A stretch of 53,320 nt of DNA, from the IMG/VR virus record IMGVR_UViG_3300021963_000165, positions 1-53,320 of that record, one strand, 5' to 3'. The DNA is from a virus (taxonomy: Duplodnaviria; Caudoviricetes). This document shows positions 5,951-16,228 of the stretch, piece after piece. Every line of letters starts with the position of its first letter. Within the stretch, counting starts at the first letter, position 1. Made by a program: the position numbers and the translations under genes. The notes beneath the pieces are model-generated. The model was not told the origin of the DNA. It saw nothing but the letters and a program-made list of their open reading frames with translations, and ran no database searches.

Positions 5951-8532
5951 GTCTCAAGCGTCTCAAGTGGGACCAACGTTGCGCGTGCGACGCCGCTGCC
6001 CTTGAACCGGACCGTTCCGTTACTGACCGAGGCACCAGTTAGCCGCCTCAAGGACTGCCGATAGGCGTTACCGGCCCACGGCGTGTCTTTGAGCAGGGCC
6101 TGCAGGTTGGTGCTGTTGTTGGCGACCGCCAGGGCACCACCGGCCACCTTCAGGCCGTAACGGCCGAGGATCGTCTCGATCTCGTCCGAGGGGTGATCAC
6201 GGCCGGGGATGGCGAAGATCACGCCGCGCTGGGCCATCTGCACCAGCTCGAGCACCGACATCTTCCGGGAGCCGTCCACCTGGATCAGGGACTGGAGGAT
6301 GTGGTTGATGCACTTCATCTCATCCGCGTCGGTGGCATCCACCTCGCGGCTTTCCCAGTCCATCATGTTGATCCACTCGATGGCCTGCTGCAGCGAAAGT
6401 TCGCCACCGCCACCGGGCTCGAGCGTCCAGGCACCGGCCAGCAACGTGCCGTGCTGATCGCCAAATCGCTGCCCGAAGCGCCGTGCAAGTGCAGCTGCGA
6501 GCGTCTTGGCATTCTTGCGAATGACGGGGATCTGCTGAATGGTTCTGGCGACAAGTTGCCGGCCGTTCTCTTCAGTGCAGGCGTTAAGAATCTCCTGCTC
6601 GAACTCGTTCCAGTCGTCCTTGTCCATGTGGTCTTTGCGTAGACCAAGGATGCAAAAACGATCGAGGTCAGCCCGCTGAATGAGGGCGACGTTGATGGAA
6701 CTGACGCAGAACATCGAGCGGATCTCAAAGGTGTTGGATCCGCCGTTGGTGGTGCCCTTGTAGATCTTGCCGCCTTCGGATGATGCGATCCGGGCAAGGG
6801 CGAGGATGTTCTGGACGACCTGCTTGTCCTTCTGTTCGTTCTGCTCGAGCTCGTCGAAAACGACCGGGATGGCGTCTGAGCGCAACTGACCGCGGAGGCC
6901 GGCTTCGGTAGTGCCACCGGTTGCACCCTCGAACATGCCGCCCAGCAGGGGCTTCATGAAGTGTTTGAGGATGGTGGTCTTGCCGGTGCCGGCACCGCCG
7001 GTGATCCAGACGTGCGGCCGCCAATCAAGAGAACCGCAGACGGGTGCCAGGACGATCCAGCCGAGCAGCAGGTTGGCTGAGGCGGGTGTTTCCCAGCGGA
7101 AGCGCTCTGCGATCAGGCGCACCTTGGCGCAGAGGTCATCAGAGAGCACCTGGCCGCCGGGGCCGTCGATCGCTTTGGCGTTCTCGTAGAAGTAGTAGCT
7201 CTTGAAGCCGGCCGGCAGCTTGGTGATGGGGTGCGAGCGCCCGTCGATCACGAGGCGGTTGCCGAGGTGCAGGATGACGCGGGAGGCATCAGCCCAGGCG
7301 CCGCGCCCCCGCACCCGGGAGGGGTCATAGACACCCTGGGAGATGCAGGAACCGAGGATGGCATTGACGGCCGAATCCCAGTCGATGCGGCCTTTGTCGT
7401 CGCCGAAACCGTTCGCCCACCACTCGAGGGGAGCGAGTGTCAGGAAGTGGCTCTTGTTGTGCTGAGCCGCGGTGAGTGCCACGACCTGGCAGGCCGCTGC
7501 GGGCAGGTAGTAGTAGATGCCGTGATCGAAGCCGAGGGGGCGGAAGGGCAGGCTGCTGGCGGGCTCGGGCTCGGGCTGCGGATCGATGGGGGCCGGTCGC
7601 GGTGGGAGCTGTCGCAGCTCCGGCGGCCCCGGCATGATCCGCCGTGGTGCCCGGTAGCCGTGCTCCTTGGCCCAGTACCAGAAGGTGCCGGCGGTGACTT
7701 CTGCGCCACCGGAGCCGGCCACCTGATCGATGCCGCGCCATTGCGGAGAGTGACTGGCCATCATCGAGATGGCGGTCTCAGCCGATGACCCGGTTTCCTG
7801 ACAGGCCCTGATCAGCCCCCAGAGAATGTTGCGGTACATCGGGTAGGTGTTGCCACCTGGCACCCGAGGCGGGATGCAGGAGAGGGCTTTCTGGATCTCG
7901 TCGAGCCCTTGGGTTTCGTAATCGGTAAAGGTCCGGGCCGCGACGTGACGCTGCACGATCTCTGGCTCGGGCAGCCGGGCGGCTAGATCAGCAAGGGTGT
8001 AGCGGGCGTCGGATTGGTGGATGATCGCAGCCTGCTCGCCGGTCTCGGGGTGTGGCGTGCCTGGCAGCCGCATGACCCTCGATGGGTTCTTGAGCTGGCG
8101 ATCGGCGTCGGCGTAATCGAGCAGTCGGGTTTGAACGGGTTTCCACTGCTCGGGCGATACCGGCTCGGAGAGGATCCAGTAGTTGTGGATGGACTTGCCA
8201 CCGGTGTCGACCTGCAGGCTGGGCTCCGGGAGTCCAAGGTCTTGCCAGGCGGTTACCTGCCAGTCCTTGGGTTTGTCATCCCACTCACAGAACAGGGCGA
8301 TGCACTCGGTGATGTCGGCATCCTTATCACCGCCGTTGTTGACGACGACATAGACGCCGCGCTTGTCGGCCACCCAGGACTCGACCAGCTGCTTGGTGGG
8401 CTCACCTTTGGCGCCGTGATCGTCGGCTTTGCGTGGATCGGTCTTGGCGTAGAAGCCACGCAGGCGGATGGCGCCTTTGGGCTTACCGAGAGCAGCTAGG
8501 AACTGGCGAGCGGCGTCGAAATCAGCGTGCAT
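5944..8532 (-). CDS. Primase-helicase (RepB-like primase, PriCT domain, P-loop helicase)
   Basis: TGGKSIHNYW, KNPSRVMRLPG, Walker A GGAGTGKTT, Walker B VVFDE. Confidence 0.85.
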   Translation of the reverse strand: MHADFDAARQFLAALGKPKGAIRLRGFYAKTDPRKADDHGAKGEPTKQLVESWVADKRGVYVVVNNGGDKDADITECIALFCEWDDKPKDWQVTAWQDLGLPEPSLQVDTGGKSIHNYWILSEPVSPEQWKPVQTRLLDYADADRQLKNPSRVMRLPGTPHPETGEQAAIIHQSDARYTLADLAARLPEPEIVQRHVAARTFTDYETQGLDEIQKALSCIPPRVPGGNTYPMYRNILWGLIRACQETGSSAETAISMMASHSPQWRGIDQVAGSGGAEVTAGTFWYWAKEHGYRAPRRIMPGPPELRQLPPRPAPIDPQPEPEPASSLPFRPLGFDHGIYYYLPAAACQVVALTAAQHNKSHFLTLAPLEWWANGFGDDKGRIDWDSAVNAILGSCISQGVYDPSRVRGRGAWADASRVILHLGNRLVIDGRSHPITKLPAGFKSYYFYENAKAIDGPGGQVLSDDLCAKVRLIAERFRWETPASANLLLGWIVLAPVCGSLDWRPHVWITGGAGTGKTTILKHFMKPLLGGMFEGATGGTTEAGLRGQLRSDAIPVVFDELEQNEQKDKQVVQNILALARIASSEGGKIYKGTTNGGSNTFEIRSMFCVSSINVALIQRADLDRFCILGLRKDHMDKDDWNEFEQEILNACTEENGRQLVARTIQQIPVIRKNAKTLAAALARRFGQRFGDQHGTLLAGAWTLEPGGGGELSLQQAIEWINMMDWESREVDATDADEMKCINHILQSLIQVDGSRKMSVLELVQMAQRGVIFAIPGRDHPSDEIETILGRYGLKVAGGALAVANNSTNLQALLKDTPWAGNAYRQSLRRLTGASVSNGTVRFKGSGVARATLVPLETLETV

Positions 8533-8627
8533 GCTTGCGTTGTGGTGAGTTGAGAGCGCGATTCATCTCGTCGTCGGTTGGCTCAGGAAACCAGACGGCG
8601 AGTTGGTGGAAGAAGCGTCGCAGCTGC

Positions 8628-8999
8628 TCAGACACCTCGGAAGGGCTCTGTCGCAATTCGCAACGCTTCGGCTGTGGTGCGGACGATGGCGGCGATACCA
8701 CCGGCGCGTCGGATGTGATCGATGAAGTTGCGCTGGGCTGGTGTGGCCCGGCCTGTGGCGGTTTTGATCTCGACGGCTGTGAAGACAGCGACGGTGCGTC
8801 CGACCATGTCGGGTGTGATGACGATCGACCGGTAACCGATGAGATCGGAGCCACCGGGTGAGGCGACACCGAACTGCACCCAGCGGCCAGTGCGTGGGTC
8901 GGGGAGTTTGCCGGAGTTGTTGCGCCAGAGGCGGAAACCGGAAAGAGACCCAACTGCGAGGCGGATTCGCTGCTGAAGGTCTGTTTCCTGGTTGGCCAA
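8628..8999 (-). CDS. VRR-NUC domain nuclease
   Basis: LWRNNSG, PGGSDLIG, AVEIKT..GRATPAQ..F. Confidence 0.85.
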   Translation of the reverse strand: MANQETDLQQRIRLAVGSLSGFRLWRNNSGKLPDPRTGRWVQFGVASPGGSDLIGYRSIVITPDMVGRTVAVFTAVEIKTATGRATPAQRNFIDHIRRAGGIAAIVRTTAEALRIATEPFRGV

Positions 9000-9024
9000 G
9001 GATCTGGGCAGGGCGCTGGGTCCA

Positions 9025-10392
9025 TCATGCTGCGCGTTGCTTGCGCTGTCTGGCCGCCAGCACATGCCGCGCCCAGCCATGTGGTGATTTCATTCCGCGG
9101 CGCCGGCCGATCTCGATGAGCTGCTCGAGGGTTTGCGCTTTGCCCTGCTCCTGGCGCTGCTGCCGGCGAAGGGTGTCGGGATCGAGCTCCACCAGCTCGC
9201 CATCACGCTCCTCAGGGCCTGATGCCACCGCCTCGCGTCGGTATTCATGCCCGCAACAGGGGCAGACGGGTGCTGGTGGGTGGCAGGCGTAGCAGCTGGG
9301 GCATTCTGTGACGGCTGGGGCCTTGCCGCCCTTCTTGGGTTTCGCGTCGAGGGTCCACTCGCGGGGATCTTGCGGAAAGCCGTGGGTGAACACACAGGAG
9401 GCGTGATCGAGAACGATGAGGTCGGGTTTACCGGGTGCGATGCGAAGGCCGCGGCCGACCGACTGCAGGTACATCGTGAGCGACTTGGTGGGTCGCAGCA
9501 GGATGACGCAGCCGATCTCGGGGCAGTCCACACCGGCGACCCAGAGGGCGCAGTTGCAGACGATGTCGATAGTTCCGCGGCGCAGACCGGTCAGCGCGGC
9601 CTGGCGCTCTTCACGGGTGGAGTTGCCGGAGATTGCAACAGCGCGGTAGCCGGCCTGGGTAAAGGCAGCAGCTGTGTGTTCTGCGTGCTTGATGTTGACG
9701 CAGAAGGCGACTGCACGGCGACCGTGGGCGTATTTGCGGTAGTGAGCAACGGCGTCACCAATGATGGAGGGCTTGTCGACGGCCTCGGCGAGCTGGTTGA
9801 GGGCGAAGTCACCCGCTTGGGTGCGGATGCCGGTTAAGTCTGGCTTGGTGGGGGCGTAGTAGCGGATGGGTGCGAGCAGGCCCTCGGCGATCAGGTCACC
9901 GGTGGAGCAGGTGGGGATGATGGTGTCGAACAGCTCCCCGAGGCCGCGGCCATCGAGACGCGCCGGTGAGCCAGACAAGCCCAGCAGCGGCGGATTGCCA
10001 GCGGCTTCGATGACCTTCTTATAGGTCTCAGCCACGGCCAGGTGGCACTCGTCGACGATGATCAGCCCCGGCGGCTTCACCACCGGCCTGCGCACTGCGG
10101 TCTGCACCGAAACCACCTGCACCGGCTTGAACGGGTTGCGGGGCATGCCGGCCATGATGAAGCCGTGCGGGATTTCGGCCTGCTCGAGGCGCCGGGCGGT
10201 GTCGTCGAGAATCTCGCGCAGGTGAGCGAGGAACCAAACATCGTTACCGCGTTGGACGGCGGATTTGATGATTTCTGCTGCTGTGTGGGTTTTGCCGAAA
10301 CCGGTTGCTGCGCACAGCAGCGGCGCTCGATAGCCCGCTCTGTAAGCTGCCCGGACATCTTCGATTGCCTTGATCTGACGTGGTCTAAGCAT
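9025..10392 (-). CDS. SF2 DEAD/DEAH-box helicase with Zn ribbon
   Basis: ATGFGKT, DECH, QSVGRGLR, CPSC...CPCC. Confidence 0.92.
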   Translation of the reverse strand: MLRPRQIKAIEDVRAAYRAGYRAPLLCAATGFGKTHTAAEIIKSAVQRGNDVWFLAHLREILDDTARRLEQAEIPHGFIMAGMPRNPFKPVQVVSVQTAVRRPVVKPPGLIIVDECHLAVAETYKKVIEAAGNPPLLGLSGSPARLDGRGLGELFDTIIPTCSTGDLIAEGLLAPIRYYAPTKPDLTGIRTQAGDFALNQLAEAVDKPSIIGDAVAHYRKYAHGRRAVAFCVNIKHAEHTAAAFTQAGYRAVAISGNSTREERQAALTGLRRGTIDIVCNCALWVAGVDCPEIGCVILLRPTKSLTMYLQSVGRGLRIAPGKPDLIVLDHASCVFTHGFPQDPREWTLDAKPKKGGKAPAVTECPSCYACHPPAPVCPCCGHEYRREAVASGPEERDGELVELDPDTLRRQQRQEQGKAQTLEQLIEIGRRRGMKSPHGWARHVLAARQRKQRAA

Positions 10393-10551
10393 GGGTCTTG
10401 ACCGCTGTGGTCAGCAATGGATAAATCAAAAAGTCGAGCAATCATAAACACTTAGCCGGTAAATGGCGTGAAGTGCGAAGAAATGCGACAAGGGAGATCG
10501 AAGGTGGATGAACTAGCGGTAAAGTCTGATCCACAGACACAAGACCAGCCT

Positions 10552-11373
10552 ATGGGGCTGACCAATGCGGAGTACCACGCGAGGCCCGAAGTCTCGAAAA
10601 GTGGGCTCGATCTAGCGCGGCGTTCACCGCTGCATTTCTGGAACCGCTATCTGAATCCCGATCGTGCGGTTGAGCCACCGACCGATGCGATGGTGCTGGG
10701 TTCTGCCCTGCATGCGCGGGTGCTGGAACCGCATCTGTACGAGGACGAGTACATCGCCGCACCGGAGGGCATCGACCGCCGCACCAAAGAGGGCAAGCTG
10801 CGGTGGGCGGATTTCGAGGCCGAAGCTGACGGCAAGATCGTGCTGAAGGCTGAGGATGCTGCCCGGATCGAGGCCATGGCCCAGGCGGTGCATCGCCACC
10901 CGGCGGCGCGGATGATCCTGCGGCTGCCGGGCAAGTGCGAGCAGTCTTACTTTTGGACTGATGAGACCAGCGGCGAGAACTGCAAATGCCGGCCTGACTG
11001 GCACAGCGACGACCGGCGGCTGATCGCTGACGTGAAGACCACCGAGGATGCGAGTCCCCGTGGATTCATCCGTTCAGTGATGAAATATCGGTATCACGTT
11101 CAGGCGTCGTTTTACAGTCAAGGCATTGGAGCCGATCAATTTTTGTTTATCGCAGTCGAGAAGAAGCCTCCTTTCGCAGTTGCGGTATACGCAACCCCGC
11201 CTGAGCTCTTGGAGCGAGGATTCAAAGAGGCTGTGGAAGATCTGCGACTCATCGCCACATGCCGGGTCGAAAATCGATGGCCCGGCTACGGCGACGAAAT
11301 CCAATCTTTGACTGTCCCAAATTGGCTCTCAGACGAGCCGTCCGAAAACATTGCCGAGATCGAAGGTTTCTAA
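10552..11373 (+). CDS. RecE/exonuclease VIII-like PD-(D/E)xK nuclease
   Basis: NAEYHA..EVSKSGL, GSALHA, KCRPDW, DVKTT, YHVQASFY. Confidence 0.88.
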   Translation: MGLTNAEYHARPEVSKSGLDLARRSPLHFWNRYLNPDRAVEPPTDAMVLGSALHARVLEPHLYEDEYIAAPEGIDRRTKEGKLRWADFEAEADGKIVLKAEDAARIEAMAQAVHRHPAARMILRLPGKCEQSYFWTDETSGENCKCRPDWHSDDRRLIADVKTTEDASPRGFIRSVMKYRYHVQASFYSQGIGADQFLFIAVEKKPPFAVAVYATPPELLERGFKEAVEDLRLIATCRVENRWPGYGDEIQSLTVPNWLSDEPSENIAEIEGF

Positions 11374-12038
11374 TGACCGAACAAACATCTGCCAGCAACG
11401 CGCTTGCCGTGAGTCAAGACTCAGGCGGCGTTTTCACTGGGATTCAACAATTTGAAAATGCACAAAGGATAGGGAAGGCGCTCGCCAGCAGCGCTTTGGT
11501 GCCGAAAGAATACCAAGGGCAACAGGGGCTTGCGAATGTCCTAGTGGCGATGGAGATCGCCAACCGCATGAACCTGTCACCCTTGCAGGTGATGCAGAAC
11601 CTTCACATTATCCACGGGCGGCCTAGTTGGTCGTCACAATTCATTATCGCCATGATCAATGGCTGCGGTCGTTTTACACCGCTTGATTACAATGTAACCG
11701 GGGAAGGAGACACTCTCAGCTGCTTCGCGTACGCAACTGAGTTGGCCACCGGTAAAGAACTGCGCGGTCCGGTCGTCACGATGGCTATGGCCAAACGTGA
11801 GGGCTGGGCGACTAAGTCGGGTTCTAAGTGGCAAACGATGCCGGACCTGATGTGTCGGTATCGGGCGGCTGCCTTTTGGGGCCGTCTCTACGTGCCCGAG
11901 TTTCTAGTGGGCATGAAAACACAAGAGGAGGTCATCGATATTGAGACAGTAGAGGTGCAAGAAGCGCCTTCGATTGTTGCTGACCTAAATGAAAAGATTA
12001 AGACCGAGGGGGATTCCCAAGATGACGCAGTCTGGTGA
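11373..12038 (+). CDS. RecT-like ssDNA annealing protein
   Basis: LSPLQVMQNLHIIHGRPSWSSQF, SKWQTMPDLMCRYRAAAFW; coupled to the RecE-like gene. Confidence 0.8.
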   Translation: MTEQTSASNALAVSQDSGGVFTGIQQFENAQRIGKALASSALVPKEYQGQQGLANVLVAMEIANRMNLSPLQVMQNLHIIHGRPSWSSQFIIAMINGCGRFTPLDYNVTGEGDTLSCFAYATELATGKELRGPVVTMAMAKREGWATKSGSKWQTMPDLMCRYRAAAFWGRLYVPEFLVGMKTQEEVIDIETVEVQEAPSIVADLNEKIKTEGDSQDDAVW

Positions 12039-12237
12039 CTACCTGACACCCCGTGAGCTTGCTGAGCGATGGCGTAATGTCGTTGCGCTCAGCACGCTCG
12101 ACAACTGGAGGTCGCAGCAACGCGGCCCCCGGTGGTTCAAGGCTGGTGGTCGGGTGCTCTACCCGATTAACGAAGTCGTTCAATTCGAGCAGCGCAACAT
12201 GCGCGGCTTTCCCAACAACATCAACGGAGACCGATGA
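12022..12237 (+). CDS. Excisionase-like HTH protein
   Basis: YLTPRELAERW...TLDNWR...GPRWFKAGGRVLY. Confidence 0.8.
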   Translation: MTQSGDYLTPRELAERWRNVVALSTLDNWRSQQRGPRWFKAGGRVLYPINEVVQFEQRNMRGFPNNINGDR

Positions 12238-12485
12238 ATCGCATCACCGCCGAGCAGGCACTCGCCCAGGTTGGCCGTCGATCGAAGACTGCACCACTGC
12301 GCAGTGAAATTCTCGATCTCGAGCCAGGCGAAGCGATTGAGGTCGGGTTTGACGAATACAAGCCCGGCACCATCACTCAGGTGGTCGGCAACCTGAGCCG
12401 TCGCGAAGCAGGCCGCCGTTATTCGGTGCGCAAGCGTCGCGATGGCCTGGGCTGCTTCATCATCTGCCAACCCAAAGCAAACTGA
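12234..12485 (+). CDS. Hypothetical protein
   Basis: ORF track; ATGA overlap. Confidence 0.65.
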   Translation: MNRITAEQALAQVGRRSKTAPLRSEILDLEPGEAIEVGFDEYKPGTITQVVGNLSRREAGRRYSVRKRRDGLGCFIICQPKAN

Positions 12486-12487
12486 TC

Positions 12488-12955
12488 ATGTTTAACGGAA
12501 CCCTTACCGGCAATCTCGGCCGCGACCCTGAGTTTCAGACCACGCAGTCTGGCCAGATGGTGGCGAAGTTCTCCCTTGCGGTGCGCCAGCCCAAGAAGCA
12601 GGGCCAGGACCAGCCTGCCTTCTGGGTGAAGGTGGAGGTTTGGGGCAAGCAGGCCGAGTATGTCGCCAACTACCTGAAGAAGGGCAACAGCGTCTGCGTC
12701 ACCGGTCAGGTGGCAGAAGAGAGCTGGAACGACAAGAACACCGGCGAGCTCAAGAAGGCCGTGGTGATCCGCAACGCCTCGGTGGAGAGCTGGCAAGCCC
12801 GCGGTGATGAGGCAGCGCCGGCTCCGGTGCAACAGCAGAGCTACGCGCAGGCCAGCCAGGCCTACGCGGCACCTGCACCTGCACCTGCTCCGGCGCCTGT
12901 GCCCCAGCAGGCCCCGCCTGCACCGGTGTACGACGACTCCGAGATCCCCTTCTGA
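12488..12955 (+). CDS. ssb: Single-stranded DNA-binding protein
   Basis: GNLGRDPE, WGKQAE..ANYLKKG, acidic tail DDSEIPF. Confidence 0.95.
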   Translation: MFNGTLTGNLGRDPEFQTTQSGQMVAKFSLAVRQPKKQGQDQPAFWVKVEVWGKQAEYVANYLKKGNSVCVTGQVAEESWNDKNTGELKKAVVIRNASVESWQARGDEAAPAPVQQQSYAQASQAYAAPAPAPAPAPVPQQAPPAPVYDDSEIPF

Positions 12956-13422
12956 TGCGCGAGAGGCTGGCATGGATCGCTGATCTGCGCCGCCGCCACC
13001 GGCCTGAGACTGTCCTAACGCTCTTGCAGCTGCAGGCACTCGGGCCGGGCCTCTACACGAGCGAGCAGCTGATCGAGCTGACGGGCATGAGCGAAAGTGC
13101 TCTGGTCACGTCATTCGCCCGGCTGCAGTGCCTCGGGCTAATCCGCTACGAAGGCTGGCCGAAGAAAGGCCGGCTGGTCTGGTGGATCGCCGACTGGGAT
13201 GCTCCACCACCGAACCCGGCTGCGCAGTTTCCCCGGTGGGTGCTGCAGGCCAATGCCATACGGACATTGGAGGTCTTGCTCGGCAAAGAGGCAGAGGCGG
13301 CCAACCGGCTCGGCGTCGACTTGAAGACATTCAGGAACTTTCTGGGCCGGCGGACCGGGTGTTACCGGCTGCTGGGCCAGTGGCAAATCCAACTCGACCC
13401 TGAACAATTCATTACCCAATGA
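12955..13422 (+). CDS. Hypothetical protein, possible HTH
   Basis: ORF track; operon-like coupling. Confidence 0.6.
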   Translation: MRERLAWIADLRRRHRPETVLTLLQLQALGPGLYTSEQLIELTGMSESALVTSFARLQCLGLIRYEGWPKKGRLVWWIADWDAPPPNPAAQFPRWVLQANAIRTLEVLLGKEAEAANRLGVDLKTFRNFLGRRTGCYRLLGQWQIQLDPEQFITQ

Positions 13423-13898
13423 CACTGATTTTCCCTAGCCGCGAACTCGATCGCCAGATCCCACTCCGGGAGGTGTGGGGTCTTGAGCTGGAAGACGCCC
13501 GGCAGCTGCACGTGGAGCTGACGATGGCTGTCCAGGGGCTTGATGACTCCATCCAGGAGGCGCAGCGGCTCGAGCACGACGCCGGGATCCCGTTCGATCG
13601 GGACTGGATGCACAAGGCGCGGAAGAAGCGCCGGATAACGATCATGTTTGCCAGCGAGACCAGGCGCCGGCTGTTCAAGCTGGAGGGCATCGAGGACATC
13701 AAGACCCGGAAGTCGCTGTACGAGAAGCAGCGGGACAGGTTCCACCAGATGCGCCACGACCGGCTGCGGGAGGCGCTTAAGGAAGAACTAGGGCCGGGTG
13801 TGCTCGAGGAGATCGAGGACGAGGCGCACGAGGCGGCCGAGGGTGACTTTGCGGCCTGGTTGAAGCGCGAAAAGTTTGAGCAGGTTTACCAGCCGTGA
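13419..13898 (+). CDS. Hypothetical protein
   Basis: ORF track; ATGA overlap. Confidence 0.7.
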   Translation: MTLIFPSRELDRQIPLREVWGLELEDARQLHVELTMAVQGLDDSIQEAQRLEHDAGIPFDRDWMHKARKKRRITIMFASETRRRLFKLEGIEDIKTRKSLYEKQRDRFHQMRHDRLREALKEELGPGVLEEIEDEAHEAAEGDFAAWLKREKFEQVYQP

Positions 13899-13970
13899 AG
13901 GTTTGTAACAGCGGCCGAGCGCGTTTGTGCCCGGCTTGCTTTGATAGGCCGGTCCACCACAGGAGGGACC

Positions 13971-14225
13971 ATGACACCCCTTGAAATCGTGGGCGTGGTT
14001 GCGCTTAGCGCGATCGCCCTACGGATCATCTACCGAACCTTCAAGCCGGCTTCCGGGCTGGTGAGCATCGATGTCGCCAGCAAGGCAGTCGACGCATCGG
14101 TGCGGGACGCCTTTGAGGCCGGCATGCTGTGCGCAGCCGACATGGTGACGCATTACGGCCAGGAGGAGGTCGCTGGCCGGATCCGCAAGGTCGTTGAGCA
14201 TACGAGAGCAGCCAATGACAACTGA
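13971..14225 (+). CDS. Small membrane-anchored protein
   Basis: AGGAGG RBS before ATG 13971; N-terminal hydrophobic helix. Confidence 0.65.
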   Translation: MTPLEIVGVVALSAIALRIIYRTFKPASGLVSIDVASKAVDASVRDAFEAGMLCAADMVTHYGQEEVAGRIRKVVEHTRAANDN

Positions 14226-14352
14226 TCAGCAGCTGGCGACACTGCGCCAGATCACGCAGGTGAAGCGGATGCTTCGCCGTCACGAGCTGATGCTGATGGC
14301 GATCATCGCGATCCAGCTCATCAATCTCATCCTTGGACTCACGAGACTATGA
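14215..14352 (+). CDS. Small hydrophobic protein (45 aa)
   Basis: Hand translation MTTDQQLATL...LILGLTRL; fills the gap with overlaps. Confidence 0.5.
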   Translation: MTTDQQLATLRQITQVKRMLRRHELMLMAIIAIQLINLILGLTRL

Positions 14353-14576
14353 AAGGCGAACCGATCACATTCCAGTGGCACGAGCACCCCACCAGCAGCC
14401 ATGGTCCGGGTGTGAGCAGGCCGTCTGCACCAGAGCGTGCCAAGCCTGTGGCGTTGCTGGTGAAGCAGGGCAGGGGCCGGCCGATGAAGGTCACCCTGAT
14501 GGCTGAGAGCAACAACCTGGCGGTGCGCTATGCGGAGAACCGCTGGCCTGGCGCTGAGGTGGAGGTGGCAGCCTGA
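14349..14576 (+). CDS. Hypothetical phage protein
   Basis: ORF track. Confidence 0.65.
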   Translation: MKGEPITFQWHEHPTSSHGPGVSRPSAPERAKPVALLVKQGRGRPMKVTLMAESNNLAVRYAENRWPGAEVEVAA

Positions 14577-14719
14577 TGGAACCACCTCTCGAGCTGATCG
14601 AGCACTGGGTCGAAGATGCAATCGACATGGTGCATGAAGGCGTGATCGACGCCGAGACCATCCCATTCCATGTCGCCTTCCAGGCTGCGGAGTGGGGCTA
14701 CAACCAAGCCAAGCAATGA
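14576..14719 (+). CDS. Small hypothetical protein (47 aa)
   Basis: MEPPLELIEHW...AAEWGYNQAKQ; TGATG and ATGA overlaps. Confidence 0.55.
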   Translation: MEPPLELIEHWVEDAIDMVHEGVIDAETIPFHVAFQAAEWGYNQAKQ

Positions 14720-14922
14720 AAGTCCCCGAAAAGCTTTGCCAACCCTGCGGCCGCAAGCTGGGTGGCTTCTATATCGACGAGCGCTTCGTCGGCCCGGCCA
14801 CCCACATCGCCACCTACACGCTGCGCTGCTGTGATGTGTGCGGCAAGAAGACCGCGGTGGGTGACCTGAAGGAATTCGGCGGTCTGAAGAAGGACTGGAC
14901 CTATTACCTGAAGGGCCGATGA
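14716..14922 (+). CDS. Small Zn-finger-like protein
   Basis: CQPC...CDVC. Confidence 0.6.
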   Translation: MKVPEKLCQPCGRKLGGFYIDERFVGPATHIATYTLRCCDVCGKKTAVGDLKEFGGLKKDWTYYLKGR

Positions 14923-15227
14923 CCTATCCCGAAAACCGCCTGCGGGAGATCTACCGCGAGCAGATGTCGCCACCGGTGACGCCGGATGCTGTGACGCTGA
15001 TCCGCTGGTGTGATCGCATCGAGACGCTGGCGCACTTCAATGTCGCCCGGCGCAACTGGAGCTATGAACAAGCCGGCACGCTGGTGGATGAGGTCAACGA
15101 GCTGATGCGCCTTTGGCGCGAGGAGCTGCCCACCTTCGTGGTGGAGATCCCGCAGCCCGATGGCACGGTGCTTAGCCGGCATGTGCAGGCACCGACCTAC
15201 GAGCAGGCCGTTCAGTTGTTTGAGTAG
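14919..15227 (+). CDS. Hypothetical protein
   Basis: ORF track. Confidence 0.65.
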   Translation: MTYPENRLREIYREQMSPPVTPDAVTLIRWCDRIETLAHFNVARRNWSYEQAGTLVDEVNELMRLWREELPTFVVEIPQPDGTVLSRHVQAPTYEQAVQLFE

Positions 15228-15406
15228 TCCATCAGCAGGAGCTCCAGCCTGGCAATCTCGTTGACGGCCTGCTGGAGCTGAAACTGCTGCTGACAGCACA
15301 GCCTGTAGAGCATTGCAGTACGAGGATCCTCCCTGCGTGCAACGGTTTCAACTGCCCATTTTTCTTCTGTCGTCATTTCAGCTTGAAGCCACTCGCCGAA
15401 CGTCAT
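15212..15406 (-). CDS. Small hypothetical protein, opposite strand to its neighbours
   Basis: MTFGEWLQAEM...QQAVNEIARLE; fills an otherwise empty gap. Confidence 0.55.
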   Translation of the reverse strand: MTFGEWLQAEMTTEEKWAVETVARREDPRTAMLYRLCCQQQFQLQQAVNEIARLELLLMDYSNN

Positions 15407-15884
15407 GGAGTTCAACAGCGATGATTTATCAACGCTAGGCACGCCTGTCTGTGAGCACAACAACCGATTTATCCGTGAATCGCGACCTCGCACTGATGGC
15501 CTGATCCGCCGCCGGTGGGAGTGCCGCGACTGCGGCGAGCGCTGGACGGTGTTCGGGCCTGATCGCAAGAAACGCCGCCGGCGCCGCAAGCCAGGCAAGC
15601 CACACCCGAAGCTGAAGCTCGAACACGTCCGCCGTGCGCTGATCGATCGGGAAACCTCGGATGTGAAGCTGGCGGCCGAGCTCGGTGTGTCGCGCCAGGC
15701 AATCCAGCAGATTCGTGCTGGCAAGACCTGGACGAAAGTGTTTCCGAACCTGAAGCGGCGGCCGCAGTGGCGCGATTGCACCGAATGCCGCCACTGGGAA
15801 GGCGATGGCTGCGGCCTGGGCTTCCCGGACCCGCTCGAGGAGGGCGTCGGTTTCGCCGTCGATTGCGATCTTTACGAAGTGTGA
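15405..15884 (+). CDS. Zn-ribbon + HTH + 4-Cys domain protein
   Basis: RRRWECRDCGERWT, LAAELGVSRQAIQQIR, CTECRHW. Confidence 0.75.
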   Translation: MEFNSDDLSTLGTPVCEHNNRFIRESRPRTDGLIRRRWECRDCGERWTVFGPDRKKRRRRRKPGKPHPKLKLEHVRRALIDRETSDVKLAAELGVSRQAIQQIRAGKTWTKVFPNLKRRPQWRDCTECRHWEGDGCGLGFPDPLEEGVGFAVDCDLYEV

Positions 15885-16069
15885 CAACCCGCGTGCCCGG
15901 TGCCGGACCGCCCGGCATCATTGACCTGTCCACCCCACCTCAAATGAAGCGCCTTCTGATTTTTTTGATCCCTGTGGCCACGATCGCCCTGATCGTCCAC
16001 GAGCACGCCACCAGCTGCAAAGTCGCCCATCACCCTGCTGCTGGATCTTTCCCTGTTTGCGAATGACCC

Positions 16070-16228
16070 ATGGAATCCAAGCAAAGTATTGATCTGATCA
16101 CGGCGGTCTACAGCCTCACCGACCAGTTGGTGGCGATGAACGGCACACTTGGGCTCATCGAGTCACGGCTGATGGAAATCGCAAACAGCGTCGACGTTTT
16201 GTCCGATGAGCTGACCAACGATGACTGA
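16070..16228 (+). CDS. Small hypothetical protein
   Basis: Hand translation MESKQSIDL...LTNDD. Confidence 0.45.
   Translation: MESKQSIDLITAVYSLTDQLVAMNGTLGLIESRLMEIANSVDVLSDELTNDD

Noticed and set aside
12810-12930. GCACCT tandem repeats in ssb
   Set aside because: Encode an ordinary Pro/Ala linker
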